A stretch of 64,000 bases of DNA from Thermodesulfovibrionales bacterium (GTDB lineage: Bacteria > Nitrospirota > Thermodesulfovibrionia > Thermodesulfovibrionales > SM23-35). Position 1 is the first letter of the stretch. Every line of letters begins with the position of its first letter. Below, one piece after another: positions 1 to 10,283 of this stretch. Location: the NCBI GenBank assembly GCA_963715195.1, contig CAVQRT010000002.1, positions 192,001 through 256,000 on the forward strand, read 5' to 3'. Below the pieces are notes generated by a model. The model was not told the origin of the DNA and made no database searches. It worked only from the letters and a program-made list of their open reading frames with translations. Both the position numbers and the translations under genes were made by a program.

Positions 1-1620
1 CGGATTGTGAATATCCCGGCTCCGCGCGGCATAATCTTCGACAGAAATCATACCCCTCTTGTAAAGAATTCCGCATACTATTATGCCTCGGTAATACCCG
101 GAGAATTTGACCAGACGAAAGTAAGCTCTCTTGCAAGCATTCTGGAGCTTCCTGCTGAAGAGATATATGCACGGATAAACATATCAGGGGCAAGTCCGAT
201 CGTTCCGGTGAGGCTGAAGCAAGGGCTATCTCTCGAGGAAATTGCTTATATCGAGGCGCGGAAATCTGATTTCCCCGGACTTATGATCGAAGCCGAGGTA
301 AGCAGAGAATACCCTTACGGCGACCTCGGTTCCCACCTTATCGGGTATCTCGGTAAACCAGGTCCTACCCAGTTAGAGGACCCCGGTTTTCGGGACGTTC
401 CTCCGGACATGTTTGTCGGCCAATGGGGGATCGAGAAACTCTTTGATCAGTCCCTGAGAGGCATTCCCGGAAAGCGGGTCATCGAAGTCAACGCCCTCGG
501 CAGGCAGTTACGCATGTTGCAGGAGATACCTCCGTCAAAGGGGAATGACATAACAATCAGTATCGACCTGAATCTTCAGCAAGAAGCGGAAAAAGCGTTC
601 GGAGACAGAGCCGGGGCCCTCGTTGCCATGAAACCCGATACCGGAGAGCTGCTGGGAATGATCAGCAAGCCTTCATTTGATCCTAACCTGTTTACGAGAG
701 GAATGAGCCATGAACAATGGATGGCCATCACCGCAGACAGAAAAAATCCAATGCTGAACAGGGCGCTGCAGAGTCAGTATCCGCCGGGATCGACTTTCAA
801 AATTGTGACTGCTCTCGCGGGGCTTGAGACGGGTGCAATCAATCCTGATATGAAAGTTGACTGCAGGGGTGGTATCAGGTTAGGCAACCGTCATTTTGGC
901 TGCTGGCGACGGGAGGGGCATGGAGTGGTTTCCCTCCACAGGGCAATCGTTGAGTCATGTGACGTGTACTTTTATGAAGTCGGCAGACGCCTTGGCATAG
1001 ACAGGATTTACGATTATGCGACCCGTCTCGGTTTGGGGAAAAAGACAGGAATTGAGCTCGGAGAAGAGCGTCAGGGACTGATCCCGAACACGGCATGGAA
1101 AAAAGAAACCAGAAAGCTCCCTTGGTTCCCCGGAGAAACGCTAAACGCAGCCATAGGCCAGGGATATGTCGCGGTAACACCGATACAGCTGGCATTTTTG
1201 ACGGGTGCCGTTGCCAACAACGGAACACTTTATCACCCGGGCTTGATAAAAAATCAGGAACCGCTTGTCGCAGGAAAGCTGACGGCAAACACTGAAAATC
1301 TCGAGATCATCAAAAAAGGTCTTTTTGGGGTTGTCAATGAACATTCGGGAACAGGCTGGGCCGCAAAATCATCCCTTACCACCGTTTGCGGGAAGACAGG
1401 CACAGCCCAGGTCGTAGGTTACCGGAAAGGGATGTCGGCCCAGTCCGAGCGGTTCAGGGACCACGCGTGGTTTGTCGCATTTGCACCTGATGAAAACCCT
1501 GAAATCGCCCTTGCCGTCATTGTTGAGCATGGCGGGCATGGTGGAGCCGCAGCTGCACCGATAGCAAAAATCGCGATTGAAGCATACATGAAGCCGAAGG
1601 AGTCCCTTGACCTTCAGTAG
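1..1620 (+). CDS. mrdA: Penicillin-binding protein 2 (5' end outside window)
   Basis: APRGIIFDRN start, transpeptidase motifs STFK, SCD, KTGT; frame open from base 1; rodA downstream. Confidence 0.95.
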   Translation, partial: RIVNIPAPRGIIFDRNHTPLVKNSAYYYASVIPGEFDQTKVSSLASILELPAEEIYARINISGASPIVPVRLKQGLSLEEIAYIEARKSDFPGLMIEAEVSREYPYGDLGSHLIGYLGKPGPTQLEDPGFRDVPPDMFVGQWGIEKLFDQSLRGIPGKRVIEVNALGRQLRMLQEIPPSKGNDITISIDLNLQQEAEKAFGDRAGALVAMKPDTGELLGMISKPSFDPNLFTRGMSHEQWMAITADRKNPMLNRALQSQYPPGSTFKIVTALAGLETGAINPDMKVDCRGGIRLGNRHFGCWRREGHGVVSLHRAIVESCDVYFYEVGRRLGIDRIYDYATRLGLGKKTGIELGEERQGLIPNTAWKKETRKLPWFPGETLNAAIGQGYVAVTPIQLAFLTGAVANNGTLYHPGLIKNQEPLVAGKLTANTENLEIIKKGLFGVVNEHSGTGWAAKSSLTTVCGKTGTAQVVGYRKGMSAQSERFRDHAWFVAFAPDENPEIALAVIVEHGGHGGAAAAPIAKIAIEAYMKPKESLDLQ

Positions 1621-1641
1621 CAGCGCACTTATTATAGAAAC

Positions 1642-2547
1642 ATGGGTATTCTGCAATGCATAGGCAACACCCCTCTTGCCTGTATTGATTCAAATCCAAA
1701 CCCGAAGGTACAAGTGTATGCAAAGCTCGAGGGCAACAATCCCGGGGGTTCTATCAAGGACAGGATCGCCCTTTTCATGATAGAGACTGCCGAGAGGGAA
1801 AACAGACTTACCCGGGACAAGATAATCCTTGAAGCCACTTCAGGGAATACCGGAATCGGCCTAGCGATGGTCGCTTCGGCAAAAAAATACCGGGTAAAGC
1901 TCACGATGCCGTCATGTGTCAGTATAGAGAGAAGAAGAATTCTTGAGGCATTCGGTGCAGAATTGATATTGAGCCCTTCTAACGAGGGCACAGACGGGGC
2001 CATCAGACTGGCACACAGGATTCTCTCAGAGGACCCCGAGAGATATTTCATGCCGAACCAGTTTGATAATAAAGCAAATGTTCTGGCTCACTACGAAACA
2101 ACCGGTAGGGAAATCATCGAACAGACCAGGGGAAGAATCACCCACTTTGTCGCGGGGATGGGGACGACGGGAACCCTTATGGGAGTGGGCAAGAGACTGA
2201 AGGAGCTCAATAAAGAGATAAAGATCATAGGCGTTGAACCGGTGCATCATCACAGAATTCAGGGCCTGAAGAATATGTCCGAATCAATCAGGCCAAAGAT
2301 TTTCGATGAGAGCAGACTTGATGAGAAACGTACCGTAAACGATGAGGAAGCCTTTGATACAACACGGATACTTGCGATTAAGGAGGGAATCTTTGTCGGC
2401 ATGTCCAGCGGGGCAGCCATGCATATCGCGTTACAGAAATCGAGCGAGATCAGGGAAGGAGTCATCGTCGTCATCCTGCCGGACAGGGGAGACCGTTATC
2501 TCTCCACCTCTCTGTTTACCTCTGTCTGCGCAAAGTGCCCGCCATAA
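1642..2547 (+). CDS. cysM: Cysteine synthase (CysM/CysK family, PLP)
   Basis: KLEGNNPGGSIKDR PLP-lysine motif, EATSGNTG, GMGTTGT, PDRGDRYLST. Confidence 0.9.
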   Translation: MGILQCIGNTPLACIDSNPNPKVQVYAKLEGNNPGGSIKDRIALFMIETAERENRLTRDKIILEATSGNTGIGLAMVASAKKYRVKLTMPSCVSIERRRILEAFGAELILSPSNEGTDGAIRLAHRILSEDPERYFMPNQFDNKANVLAHYETTGREIIEQTRGRITHFVAGMGTTGTLMGVGKRLKELNKEIKIIGVEPVHHHRIQGLKNMSESIRPKIFDESRLDEKRTVNDEEAFDTTRILAIKEGIFVGMSSGAAMHIALQKSSEIREGVIVVILPDRGDRYLSTSLFTSVCAKCPP

Positions 2548-2553
2548 CATCCT

Positions 2554-3675
2554 ATGCTCCGCATAGACCGCAGGCTTCTCCAAAATTTTGACTGGATTAC
2601 TCTGGCCGTTGCTATTCTGATCTGTCTTGTCGGCATTATGACAATATACAGCGCCACACGACCTCTTTCAGATGAGCCTCACCTGTCTTTCTACCTGAAA
2701 CAGATTCTCTGGCTTGCTCTCGGGCTTTTTGCTCTGTTGCTGGTAGCGTGGGTTGATTACATCTGGATAGAGAGATCGTCACGGATTCTCTATATCGGGG
2801 GAATCTTTCTCCTCGTAGCAGTATTTTTCCTCGGCAGGACCGGTATGGGTGCCCAGAGATGGCTGAGCATCGGTCCCGTCTCGTTCCAGCCTTCTGAGTT
2901 TTTTAAGACCGTCTACATAATCATGCTCGCACACTATTTAAGCATTCTCAAAAGCCCGCTCGACGCAGGTTCACTCCTCAGGGTATTTTTCTTCCTAACA
3001 CTTTTCCCGTTTATTCTCCTGGTAAAGCAGCCTGATCTCGGGACAGCCCTCATAATCCTCATGATCTTCCTTTCGCTCATTATCGCACGGGGCCTGCATA
3101 AGAAAGTTGCTGTCCTTGTTATTCTTCTCAGTCTCATATCTCTTCCCTTTCTCGGGAATATTTTCTGGGAGGGTCTCAGAGATTACCAAAAAAGCAGGCT
3201 GGTTGCCTTTATCGAACCGGAGACAGATCCGACCGGCGTCGGCTATCAACTGAATCAATCAAAGATTACGGTCGGATCAGGCATGTTCCTCGGGAAGGGA
3301 TATCTGCACGGCACCCAGGGCCCATTCCGTTTTCTGCCGGAAAAACATACCGATTTTGTCTTTGCGATCTTTGCGGAAGAATGGGGGTTTTTGGGGAGTT
3401 CTATTCTCATGCTTCTCTATCTTATCCTGATTCTGCGCGGGCTTGATACAGCCCAGAAAGCTAAGGACGACTTCGGAAGGCTCCTCGCACTGGGCATTAC
3501 ATTCATGTTCCTTATGTATCTTTTCATCAATATCGGCATGACACTTGGACTGATGCCCGTCGTCGGAATACCATTGCCCTTCATCAGTTATGGCGGGACA
3601 GCCCTTCTCTCAAATCTCATTGCAGTCGGCATCCTCATCAATATCAGAACCCACCGCTTCGAACTCTTTCATTAA
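2554..3675 (+). CDS. rodA: Rod shape-determining protein RodA (SEDS)
   Basis: Multi-TM; GAQRW, FQPSEF, QPDLGT, LPEKHTDF, PLPFISYGG. Confidence 0.95.
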   Translation: MLRIDRRLLQNFDWITLAVAILICLVGIMTIYSATRPLSDEPHLSFYLKQILWLALGLFALLLVAWVDYIWIERSSRILYIGGIFLLVAVFFLGRTGMGAQRWLSIGPVSFQPSEFFKTVYIIMLAHYLSILKSPLDAGSLLRVFFFLTLFPFILLVKQPDLGTALIILMIFLSLIIARGLHKKVAVLVILLSLISLPFLGNIFWEGLRDYQKSRLVAFIEPETDPTGVGYQLNQSKITVGSGMFLGKGYLHGTQGPFRFLPEKHTDFVFAIFAEEWGFLGSSILMLLYLILILRGLDTAQKAKDDFGRLLALGITFMFLMYLFINIGMTLGLMPVVGIPLPFISYGGTALLSNLIAVGILINIRTHRFELFH

Positions 3676-3687
3676 ACTGATTCCTTT

Positions 3688-3696
3688 TGGTATAAT
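3688..3696 (+). promoter_or_regulatory. Candidate extended -10 promoter for tRNA-Met
   Basis: TGGTATAAT (TGn-TATAAT) just after rodA stop; no strong -35. Confidence 0.4.
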
Positions 3697-3743
3697 TTTT
3701 GTCTACCCGATCTTATACAGAACGACATAAGTCCAGCGTTGTT

Positions 3744-3837
3744 TGTCATTCCGGCTTGGCCGGAATCTTTCTGTAGAAGAAGGATTTCCGACTTCTCTCA
3801 TTCCGAAAGTGTCAGGGATGGGATTGAGGAAATGACA
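3744..3837. repeat. REP-like palindromic element (GTCATT..AATGAC family)
   Basis: TGTCATTCCGGCTTGGCCGGAATC ... GGAAATGACA; same architecture as 57427-57513 and 57568-57625. Confidence 0.7.
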
Positions 3838-3892
3838 TATACATACTGTCTTTATGTATATTATCGAACATGTTAGTGCTTTCTTGTTTACA

Positions 3893-3969
3893 GGCGGCGT
3901 AGCTCAGTTGGTTAGAGCATGCGGCTCATATCCGCAGTGTCCGGGGTTCAAATCCCTGCGCCGCCACCA
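3893..3969 (+). tRNA. tRNA-Met (CAT), elongator type
   Basis: GGCGGCG/CGCCGCC acceptor stem, anticodon arm TGCGG-CTCATAT-CCGCA, GGTTCAAATCC T-arm, encoded CCA; paired G1-C72 so not initiator. tRNA-Ile2 not fully excluded. Confidence 0.92.
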
Positions 3970-4196
3970 ATCATTTCACCCTCTATATGGGTGCTAACAT
4001 CCACACTTGGCAAGCACATGATGAAAAATACTGATTTTTACTTGTACTGTTGTTTTTTATGGAAACTCGTCAATCAGAATGCTTATTGCTCACTTATATC
4101 GCAAGACCTGACCCTCTGATCAGCATAAAATAAGGAGACAACAACCTCTCAGGGAGGAACGATCGAGAATGACCGAAAAATAGTTTCTCTCCGGTT

Positions 4197-4391
4197 CTAT
4201 CCAAATATCTCTTTTACACGTCCTACTTCTCCACCGTCTAAACGCACCTTAATTCCATACGGATGGACAGGTGATTTCGTCAAAATATCTTTAACAATCC
4301 CCTCTGTGAGTTTCCCGGTCTGTTGGTCTCTCTTCAGTATGATTAAAACCCGCAAGCCAGGCAGTATATTGCAGCGTCTGGTTCCATCCAT
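4197..4391 (-). CDS. YwbE-family small protein
   Basis: MDGTRR..GLRVLIILKRDQQTGKLTEGIVKDILTKSPVHPYGIKVRL..G.VGRV matches recalled YwbE pattern. Confidence 0.8.
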   Translation of the reverse strand: MDGTRRCNILPGLRVLIILKRDQQTGKLTEGIVKDILTKSPVHPYGIKVRLDGGEVGRVKEIFG

Positions 4392-4455
4392 ATTAAGGCT
4401 GCTCCCTAATTTTTTCTTTACAATGATACTCATCCACTTTTATGCACCCTTGTAT

Positions 4456-4935
4456 TTAATAACAGATGGATGTCACAACGAAAGAAGCTGTACCGTCAGG
4501 TCTGCGCACAATAACTTCTTCACCCTCTGTCCTGCGTAACAATGCTTTCGCCATAGGGGAATCAATACTGATAAAATTCCTGTCAGCATCAAATTCATCA
4601 GGTCCGACAATGCGATATCGGAAAACGTTCCCATCGGAATCCTCAATTTCAACCCATGCGCCAAAAAAGACTCTTGAAGTATCTTTAGGAATTCTATCCA
4701 CTACAATCAACTCGCTCAATCTCTTCGTAAGAAATCGTATACGGGAATCAATTTGTCTTAACTGCTTTTTCCCATAGATATACTCTGCGTTCTCGGAACG
4801 ATCCCCCATAGCAGCAGCCTCAGCAACCGCCTGAGTAACCTGAGGGCGTTTGATCTTCCACAGATAGGAGAGTTCCTTACTTAAATCTCTATGTCCTTCA
4901 GGTGTAATATACGGTGAGACGTTTATTTTATTCAT
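4456..4935 (-). CDS. greB: Transcription elongation factor GreB
   Basis: YITPEG..L..EL.YLW...RP.VTQAV..AAA.GDRSENAEYIYGKK; ISIDSPMAKALL. Confidence 0.92.
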   Translation of the reverse strand: MNKINVSPYITPEGHRDLSKELSYLWKIKRPQVTQAVAEAAAMGDRSENAEYIYGKKQLRQIDSRIRFLTKRLSELIVVDRIPKDTSRVFFGAWVEIEDSDGNVFRYRIVGPDEFDADRNFISIDSPMAKALLRRTEGEEVIVRRPDGTASFVVTSICY

Positions 4936-4937
4936 TA

Positions 4938-5259
4938 TTATTTTGGCACTTCAATATCTTCATATCCCTTACCGGATTCAGCCATTAATCGGACACGTTC
5001 CGGCTTCATTCGAATAACAACATATTGAGGTTCTGCCGGGTCTTTAATATATTTCTTAAGAATTGGAACGGCTTCATACAATTTTAACTTATCATCGTTA
5101 TTGGTACTAACAGTGCAAGGTCCGGCAATCCTAAGGTGCTTTCCCTCTCTGTCGCTGAAACAGTATTCTGCGTAAGGAACTTCCCCTATCTGCATGATTT
5201 TCTCGGTCCCATCCGTGGTTGCAGCCCACAGTTCACGGCGGCAACCGGCGTATCGTGGC
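4938..5259 (-). pseudogene. 5'-truncated pyridoxamine-5'-phosphate-oxidase-like (split-barrel flavin-binding) gene
   Basis: ELWAATTDGTEKIMQI..PYAEYCF..HLRIAG..DP..PQYVVIRMKPERV pattern; only upstream start lies inside ychF, N-terminal part appears missing. Confidence 0.5.
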
Positions 5260-6339
5260 CTAAACATTAAACCTGAAATTAATAATGTCCCCGTCCTGTA
5301 CTTCATAGGATTTGCCTTCGAGCCTCAGAAGGCCTTTCTCCCTGGCAGTGTGCATACTGCCTGACACAATAAAGTCTTCATAGGAAATGACTTCTGCCCT
5401 GATAAAACCCCTCTCGATATCCGAGTGAATCTTTCCCGCCGCTATCACTGCATTCGTATTGCTCCTCACAGTCCATGCCCTCACCTCATCTTTTCCGACC
5501 GTAATAAATGATATCAGCCCGAGCAGTCTATAGCATGTTCGTATCAGTCTGTGTGAAGCCGGTTCTTCAATACCGAGTTCCCTCAGGAACGGGTCCCGTT
5601 CGTTGTCAGGAAGCTGCGATATCTCCATTTCCACTTTTCCGCAGAGGGTCAGGGTATCCGCTGATCGATAACAATGCAGGAGGGATGATTCAAGCGTCTT
5701 CGCATATTCTGCATCGTCATCCCTTTCCCCACTGTTAAGGACAATGACCTTTGGAATCGTTGACAAAAACTGCAGGTGTCTCATAGTCTTCATTTCCTCA
5801 CCGGTAAATGCAACGTCTCTCAGTGCTGTCTCTTGCAAAAGGTGATCCCTGCATTTCAGGAGCAGTCTCTTTTCCGTTTCATCAGGTTTCTTCCCGCGCT
5901 TCTTCCCTTCCTCCATGCGTTCGAGACGTGTTTCTATGAATGAGAGGTCAGAGAAGATCAGTTCGAGTTCAACCGTCTCAACGTCTCTCACCGGGTTTAT
6001 GCTTTCCATAGGATGAGCAACGGATTCATCGTAAAAGGCTCTCACCACATGGACGATGGCATCGGCGTCCTTTATGAGGTCAAAGATTTTCTTGTTCAGT
6101 TTGAGATCACCTTTCGTGAGGCCGAGATAATCGAGATACTCGATCGTTGCATACGTCGTTTTTTTCGGCCTGTAAATGCCGGACAGCGTGTCAATGTCCG
6201 CATGAGGCACCTTCACAACACCGATATTCGGCTCGCCGGAAACTGTCGGATATACCGTTGTCTCAGTATTCAGTCCCGTCAGCGCATTGAAAATAGTAGT
6301 TTTTCCTGCATTCGACAAACCAATAAGCGCAACTTTCAT
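5260..6339 (-). CDS. ychF: Redox-regulated ATPase YchF (Obg family)
   Basis: GLSNAGKTT P-loop, HVVRAF, AGKIHSDIERGFIRAEV, C-terminal FRFNV. Confidence 0.93.
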   Translation of the reverse strand: MKVALIGLSNAGKTTIFNALTGLNTETTVYPTVSGEPNIGVVKVPHADIDTLSGIYRPKKTTYATIEYLDYLGLTKGDLKLNKKIFDLIKDADAIVHVVRAFYDESVAHPMESINPVRDVETVELELIFSDLSFIETRLERMEEGKKRGKKPDETEKRLLLKCRDHLLQETALRDVAFTGEEMKTMRHLQFLSTIPKVIVLNSGERDDDAEYAKTLESSLLHCYRSADTLTLCGKVEMEISQLPDNERDPFLRELGIEEPASHRLIRTCYRLLGLISFITVGKDEVRAWTVRSNTNAVIAAGKIHSDIERGFIRAEVISYEDFIVSGSMHTAREKGLLRLEGKSYEVQDGDIINFRFNV

Positions 6340-6782
6340 TTTTCCTCCATGTTTAGTATTAAGTTACTGCAGGGAGCCAGCTCCGGCAGCAAAATTATTA
6401 ATTATAAACGAATCATTCCAGCAAAAGCGAGCTTTCGGATAATTCCAGGGACCGATCCTGTGATTAAATTGTCATGAAGGTTGACGAATATATACGCGGG
6501 GAAGAAGGCAATCCCGGCGAATCCCTGCCCGGACTGAAATAGGGGCTACCTGAAGACCCGTTATTGTTTCATGTGGGAAAAAAAGTAGCATAGCACAACT
6601 CCAGCCTGCCTCAGCATAGTCTGATCTGTACCCAATTATTTTAAGATCTTTTGTAATCGTCATCACAGGAATCCTGTCAGAAGTATGGCAACATTGAAGT
6701 AACAATGTTTTCCTATTCTCAGGTAGTTTTTCCGCTGAAGCTCTAAAGGTAACATTGAACTGAACTATTAGGGAGGACTGTT

Positions 6783-7364
6783 ATGTCATGGAAATGCCCA
6801 TTATGTGGTCAAGAAAATCAGGAAACGTATAACAAATGCGCATGCGGCTATTCTGGTAACGGGGCTGTTCTCATCAAAGAAGAACTTGAGGACTATCAAC
6901 CTGTTTCAGAAGAAAGTGTACAGTATTTTCATATCCCCTCAGATTGCACAATTGATCAAACGCCGTCGTTACAAGAACCACCAAAAAGTCGTGATGTACA
7001 AGCCCAGGAAAGTCATGACTCAAAAAGCAGTGCGCCTGATGAAGAAGTGATCAAAGAGATCGATTCCTGGTTGTTTACCTTTTCACGTGGAGATGGCTGC
7101 ATATCTATTGGCACACCAGCATTGCAGTCCTTCAAGTTGAAAATATCTTCGGAAGACTTGGAGGACCTACTGGAATTTCTGTATCAAAAGACTGACAATG
7201 AAAAGACAATCAGGAAACTCAACCTTTCAGCAGCAGACATAATAGGGGTAATTGATAAGGTGGATAGGTTGATCGACGAAAAAAAATCAAAAGTTTCCAT
7301 TAAGTTTACCAGCGATGAGCTACAGGAAATCACCGATTTCATTAATGTACAATTGAAGATATAG
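6783..7364 (+). CDS. Hypothetical protein with N-terminal zinc ribbon
   Basis: GGGAGG RBS; WKCPLCGQEN..YNKCACG; acidic linker; repeated C-terminal motif. Confidence 0.7.
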   Translation: MSWKCPLCGQENQETYNKCACGYSGNGAVLIKEELEDYQPVSEESVQYFHIPSDCTIDQTPSLQEPPKSRDVQAQESHDSKSSAPDEEVIKEIDSWLFTFSRGDGCISIGTPALQSFKLKISSEDLEDLLEFLYQKTDNEKTIRKLNLSAADIIGVIDKVDRLIDEKKSKVSIKFTSDELQEITDFINVQLKI

Positions 7365-7601
7365 ATCATTTGAAGGCTGCTCCAAAACCTCAATACAGAT
7401 AACAAATCTCTCGATATCGGGAATTCCTTTTGCCAATATATTTGAGCCCAGGAAAATCAAAAGTCTCGCGCTTTTACGCCATTATTTACTTCCATTTTGT
7501 GCAAAATATTTAGCAAACGAACATTCAAGGTATTAACAGAATATAAAGACGTTAATTGCTGAAGTTTCCCGTGGCAGGCAGCAGATCTTAAGCTGTCCTA
7601 A

Positions 7602-8810
7602 TCAGATCTTGTCCAATGCCTGTTTCAGGTCGGCGATCAGGTCTTGCACATCTTCAAGCCCGAGGGCAATGCGGACAAGGTTGTCCACCATGCCAATTGC
7701 GTGACGGTATTCCTCAGGATAGTCGAAGAATGACATCACCGACATCTGTGTCACAAGGCTTTCACTCCCGCCAAGACTCGGAGTTATCAGGAAAAGTTCA
7801 AGGGAATCTATGAATTTCCGCGTCTCTTTGTCACCGCCTTTGACCAGGAAGGTGATCACGCTGCCGAATCCCTTCATCTGCTCTGCTGCTATGCGGTAGT
7901 CGGGATGCGATTTAAGGCCTGGATACCAGACCTTCTCGATTTTCGGATGGGCCTCGAGCATACGCGCAATCTCAATCCCGGCACGGTTGTGATGCTCCAT
8001 GCGAAGCGCGAACGTCTTTAGCCCACGTTCGAGCAGAAAACAGGTGAGTGGACCGGGTGTCGCACCAATCATCCGCTGCATGCGGTAGAGGTCATTCAGC
8101 AGGGCATGTTTGCCGAGGGAAACTCCGGCAAGCAGGTCATTATGACCGCCGAGATACTTGGTAGCAGAATGGATAACAAGATCAACACCCATTTCAAGAG
8201 GTTTGATATTGTAAGGCGTACCCAGTGTTGCATCAATAATGGTCATAATCTGATGTTGTTTCGCAACGTTCACAATCGCCGGGATATCCATAACCCGGAG
8301 ATAGGGATTCGTCGGCGACTCGGTAAAGATGATATTTGTATCGGGCCGGATCGCCCCTGCAATGGCATCTGCGGTCGGGTCTACCAGTGATACTTCTATG
8401 CCGAACTCCGCCAATTTTTTAGTTGCGAAATCGCGGGTCTGGCGGTAGCAGTCATTCGTGAAGATGATATGCCCGTCGCGGCGCATATATGCAAGCAGCG
8501 TCAGAATAACTGCACTCATGCCGGTAGCAAACAGAAGCGCCCGTTCGGCACCTTCAACAGCAGCGAGCTTGCGTTCGCACTCCTCCTGTGTAGGGTTACC
8601 ATAGCGTCCGTACTCATGGCCGCGTAACACACGGCCTTCGCTCTTTGCCTTCATGAAATCATACACTTCAGCAGTAGAATCGAAATAATAATTAGACGTC
8701 TGGACTATCGGCGTAGATACCGAGTAGTAAGCTTTGGGAGACCTTCCCAAGCCGTGGATTGCAAGGGTAGCTGCGTTCCACTGCCTGGATCGTGAAGACT
8801 TTTTCGGCAT
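7602..8810 (-). CDS. metB: Cystathionine gamma-synthase (Cys/Met PLP family), plant-like
   Basis: YGRYGNPT, ESPTNPYL, HSATKYLGGHND, SLGGSESL; NDCYRQTR motif resembles plant CGS. Confidence 0.8.
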   Translation of the reverse strand: MPKKSSRSRQWNAATLAIHGLGRSPKAYYSVSTPIVQTSNYYFDSTAEVYDFMKAKSEGRVLRGHEYGRYGNPTQEECERKLAAVEGAERALLFATGMSAVILTLLAYMRRDGHIIFTNDCYRQTRDFATKKLAEFGIEVSLVDPTADAIAGAIRPDTNIIFTESPTNPYLRVMDIPAIVNVAKQHQIMTIIDATLGTPYNIKPLEMGVDLVIHSATKYLGGHNDLLAGVSLGKHALLNDLYRMQRMIGATPGPLTCFLLERGLKTFALRMEHHNRAGIEIARMLEAHPKIEKVWYPGLKSHPDYRIAAEQMKGFGSVITFLVKGGDKETRKFIDSLELFLITPSLGGSESLVTQMSVMSFFDYPEEYRHAIGMVDNLVRIALGLEDVQDLIADLKQALDKI

Positions 8811-8813
8811 CAG

Positions 8814-10148
8814 CTAACTCCTTTTCCGCAAAGCGTTCTGAAGGGCTTCCCTGACCGCTTCTACACGCGGGGGCAACTCAATCGGTTTGTTGGCGAAATG
8901 GCAGGGAAAGTCGAGCGCTTCCTCGTGGTAGCGGACCTTGAAGTCAGTGAACTTGAGTCCGTGTGCTGTTGATATGACCACGACACGTTCTGATTTGTCT
9001 ATTTTGCTGCTTGAAAGCAGTTTAATCATTACCGCAAGAGCAACACCGGTGTGAGGGCAGTTGAACATGCCGGTCTTGTCACCGAGCGCAGCGGCATCGG
9101 CTAACTCCTGTTCAGTAGCCTGCTCGACAATACCGTTGAATTGCTTCAGTGTGCGGACAGCCTTCTCGTAACTCACTGGATTACCGATCTGAATGGCGCT
9201 TGCAAGAGTCTTTTGCGCCTCAATCGGTTCAAAGGCCTCGAAGTTTTTCTGATATGAGCGGTAGAGCGGATTAGCGCGTTCAGCCTGGGCAACCACAATT
9301 CGGGGCAGTTTGCTGATCAACCCAAGGTCGCGCATCATAAGGAACCCATTCCCAAGCGCGGAGACGTTCCCGAGATTGCCGCCGGGTATAATGATTACAT
9401 CAGGCGTATCCCACTCAAATTGCTGAATAATCTCTATGCCAACGGTTTTCTGCCCCTCGATCCGCAAGGAGTTCATCGAATTTGCGAGGTACATGGTTTC
9501 ATCTTTTGTAATCTCTTTCACGATGCTCATGCAGCCGTCAAAGTCAGTATCAAGCGACAACACCAGCGCCCCGTTGGAGATTGGCTGAATGAGCTGCGCA
9601 ACAGAAATTTTTCCCTTCGGCAGGAGGACAATGGACTGAATACCGGCGGCTGCGCAGTAAACTCCAAGAGCAGCTGAAGTATCGCCGGTAGATGCACAGA
9701 CAACAGCCTTGATCGGCGCTCCTTCGCTAATCATCTGTTTGACCTGCGACACGAGCACTGTCATGCCGAGGTCCTTAAACGAACCGCTGTGGGAATTACC
9801 GCAGAGCTTGATCCAGAGATCATTCAGTCCGAGCATCATACCGAACCGCTCGGCCCAGAACAGATTGGTCCCTCCTTCGTAGAGCGAGACGATATTGTTG
9901 TTATCAATCTGCGGCAGGATCCATTCCTTCTTCCCCCAGACGCCGGAGCCGTATGGCCATTCTGAGGACTTATAGCGTTCATCGAACAGCTTCATCCAGG
10001 CCTTTGCATCACGTTGGGCAAGTGCGTTGAGATCATGCTGCACTTCCAGAAGCGAGCCGCAGGTCTTACATCGATAAATGATCGTGTTGAGCGGATACTT
10101 CGCCTGACACTGCTGATTTATGCATTGAAACCAAGCCTGATATGACAT
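8814..10148 (-). CDS. thrC: Threonine synthase, plant-like subtype
   Basis: [13 protein letters not shown] lysine, [35 protein letters not shown]. Confidence 0.93.
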   Translation of the reverse strand: MSYQAWFQCINQQCQAKYPLNTIIYRCKTCGSLLEVQHDLNALAQRDAKAWMKLFDERYKSSEWPYGSGVWGKKEWILPQIDNNNIVSLYEGGTNLFWAERFGMMLGLNDLWIKLCGNSHSGSFKDLGMTVLVSQVKQMISEGAPIKAVVCASTGDTSAALGVYCAAAGIQSIVLLPKGKISVAQLIQPISNGALVLSLDTDFDGCMSIVKEITKDETMYLANSMNSLRIEGQKTVGIEIIQQFEWDTPDVIIIPGGNLGNVSALGNGFLMMRDLGLISKLPRIVVAQAERANPLYRSYQKNFEAFEPIEAQKTLASAIQIGNPVSYEKAVRTLKQFNGIVEQATEQELADAAALGDKTGMFNCPHTGVALAVMIKLLSSSKIDKSERVVVISTAHGLKFTDFKVRYHEEALDFPCHFANKPIELPPRVEAVREALQNALRKRS

Positions 10149-10283
10149 TGGTATTACATCCTTTTGACCGGTTTTACAACGAGAGCAGAACCGTATTTTC
10201 CCCTCGCTATAGGCAAGGATATCATATTGATCAGAAGATGATCAATATGCATGGCCGCCGGTTTTAACAGATTGGACGCGCTG

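Noticed and set aside
3919..4119. 66-aa ORF from the track
   Set aside because: Overlaps the tRNA gene; no recognisable protein features.
3893..7400. Prophage or integrative element at tRNA-Met
   Set aside because: No integrase or phage genes and no duplicated tRNA 3' end seen.
10149..10283. SAM riboswitch or T-box upstream of thrC-metB
   Set aside because: Region is short and lacks recognisable SAM-I or T-box consensus elements.
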